Below are positions 62,566 to 64,000 of a stretch of 64,000 nucleotides of DNA, one piece after another. The stretch is from contig CP068257.2 in the NCBI GenBank assembly GCA_009914755.4, positions 26,528,001 to 26,592,000 on the forward strand, read 5' to 3'. A program made the position numbers and the translations under genes. The notes under the pieces were generated by a model, which saw only the letters and a program-made list of their open reading frames with translations, did no database searches and had not been told where the DNA came from. Source of the DNA: the human T2T-CHM13v2.0 reference genome, Homo sapiens. The stretch's first letter is position 1, and every line of letters begins with the position of its first letter.

Positions 62566-64000
62566 GTATAATGTTAAACATTTAAATGGTATGAAATGCT
62601 TTAAAACACTAAAATTTTACATTTTATTACTTGAATAAGAAATCTACACAATCTGGTAGATGAGGCAGGGAATGTTGCCTCCCCTATGTATATATTTTTT
62701 TCTTTTTCTTTTGTTACAAATCTTTATTTTATTTGTGCTAGCAAAGTGCCCAGACCTAAGTGATAGTAGACAATTTATGTAATCTAGTGAGTCACAAATG
62801 AGACAATTCTATACCCCTAGGGAGTGGTTTGAATACTGTGGATGTATTTTTGGTTTCAAAATTATTGGGAAGAGGAACTAGCTTGGTGAACATGACATGA
62901 GACAATCTAACATACTGAAGAATTATTCATTCAAAACATCAAAAGTGCTTCCATGGAGAAACACTGGTATAAGCCTAAAGCTGCACTCCACCCCTAGTTT
63001 TCCATCCTTTCTAGCAGCTTACACATGGCGAGAGTACCCAGTTCTAATCAATGAAACCTCAAAGGAAATGTGAAGTTGCTCTAGGAAAGCTATTTGTTTC
63101 TAATGAAAGATGACATCATAGAACTCACCATCACTTTCCACTTCTTTCTTCTTCGAAAGCAGCCATCTGTGTCCAAGAGAACTATAGAGGCACTAGATGT
63201 TGCACTGTTAAGAGCTGAGCCAAAGCTGCACCTCCCTTCCTCCAGCTACGGAAGGAAAATAAATCCTTACTTGTTTAAGCCACAGAGGTCAGTTTTTCTG
63301 TTATTTTCAACATAGCACATTCCTAACTAAAACTATGGTATTTTTATTTCAAGAAGAGAACATTTAAATGTTCGGCTTTCAGGGATCTCCTGATTAGAAG
63401 AGATGACTACGAACTCCCCTTTCAACCTATCTTGATGATCTATATTAGATGAGGTGACAGAGGGAGGGAGGAGAACTAGAAACAGGGATATCTCCTAGTT
63501 TGGTATAAATGCAAAGAAGACTTCATTAAAGGCTTATTGAATGGTGAATGCCTTGAATGCTGCCTCTTAGTGCCCAGTAGCCCGAGGGCTATGAAGCATG
63601 TGAAAGTGACATAGAGAATTTATTCTCTAGGGGCTAAAGGACCTATCTGTTAATAACACTTTCTAACTGCTTGACATTCAGCTAAATACTTAACCTAAGA
63701 TTCCTCAGTTACATGAAGGTAATAATGGTTGCTACCTCAAATGGCTCTTGTGAGGATTAAATGAGGTAATGCTTGTATACAGTGCAAAGTATAGAGTAAG
63801 TATCAATGAAGGTAAAATACTGGTGATTTTTCATACTCTCTACATAATTTTAAATTGTGTTTCTTTGGTTAATTACTTTTGGCTGTTACTTTTTTTGTTG
63901 GTAGTGAATTTAAGAACCATGAGAAGAATGTTATCCAGCAAATGCTGTATACTTTAACATGCTTATAAAGACTTTTTAAAAGTAGCTTCATGTATCCCTT

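Noticed and set aside
62351-62585. ORFs 62351..62581 (-) and 62367..62585 (+)
   Set aside because: Translations of the (GA/GGAA)n tract.

Overview
This window is primate (almost certainly human) nuclear DNA from an AT-rich, CpG-poor, gene-poor region. It is not a prokaryotic locus, and I found no bacterial-style operon, CRISPR array or defence system. Well over half the sequence is recognisable interspersed repeat. Main elements, left to right: (1) the 3' end of a HERV-H provirus (1-1705), comprising a frameshifted gammaretroviral integrase, an env remnant and an LTR7-type 3' LTR; (2) about ten Alu elements, several with readable target-site duplications (TSDs) and some with greatly expanded (GAAA/GGAA)n tails; (3) a young L1 insertion with a twin-priming 5' inversion and 18-bp TSDs (12195-12641); (4) a complete ~2.1-kb THE1-type MaLR element on the + strand (16237-18352) and a second complete copy on the - strand (30606-32900), the second inserted with a 5-bp TSD inside ORF2 of an old ~8-kb L1; that L1 also carries an Alu insertion and a solo THE1-type LTR with a 5-bp TSD; (5) further old L1 fragments, one containing an internal ~190-bp inverted duplication; (6) an HERV-L (MLT2-LTR) provirus on the - strand (52423-55288) flanked by 5-bp TSD ACCTG, retaining integrase and dUTPase relics but with its 5' LTR joined directly to mid-pol; (7) four long homopurine/homopyrimidine microsatellites and several smaller STRs. 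The ORF-track reading frames are either translations of microsatellites (the KKERKKE-type peptides) or decayed retroelement pol/ORF2 fragments; I saw no intact cellular protein-coding gene. The most interesting features are nested and rearranged transposable elements, hairpin-capable inverted repeats, and triplex-prone purine tracts. Family names are assigned from memory of consensus sequences without running any search; element boundaries are approximate to within about 10-20 bp.
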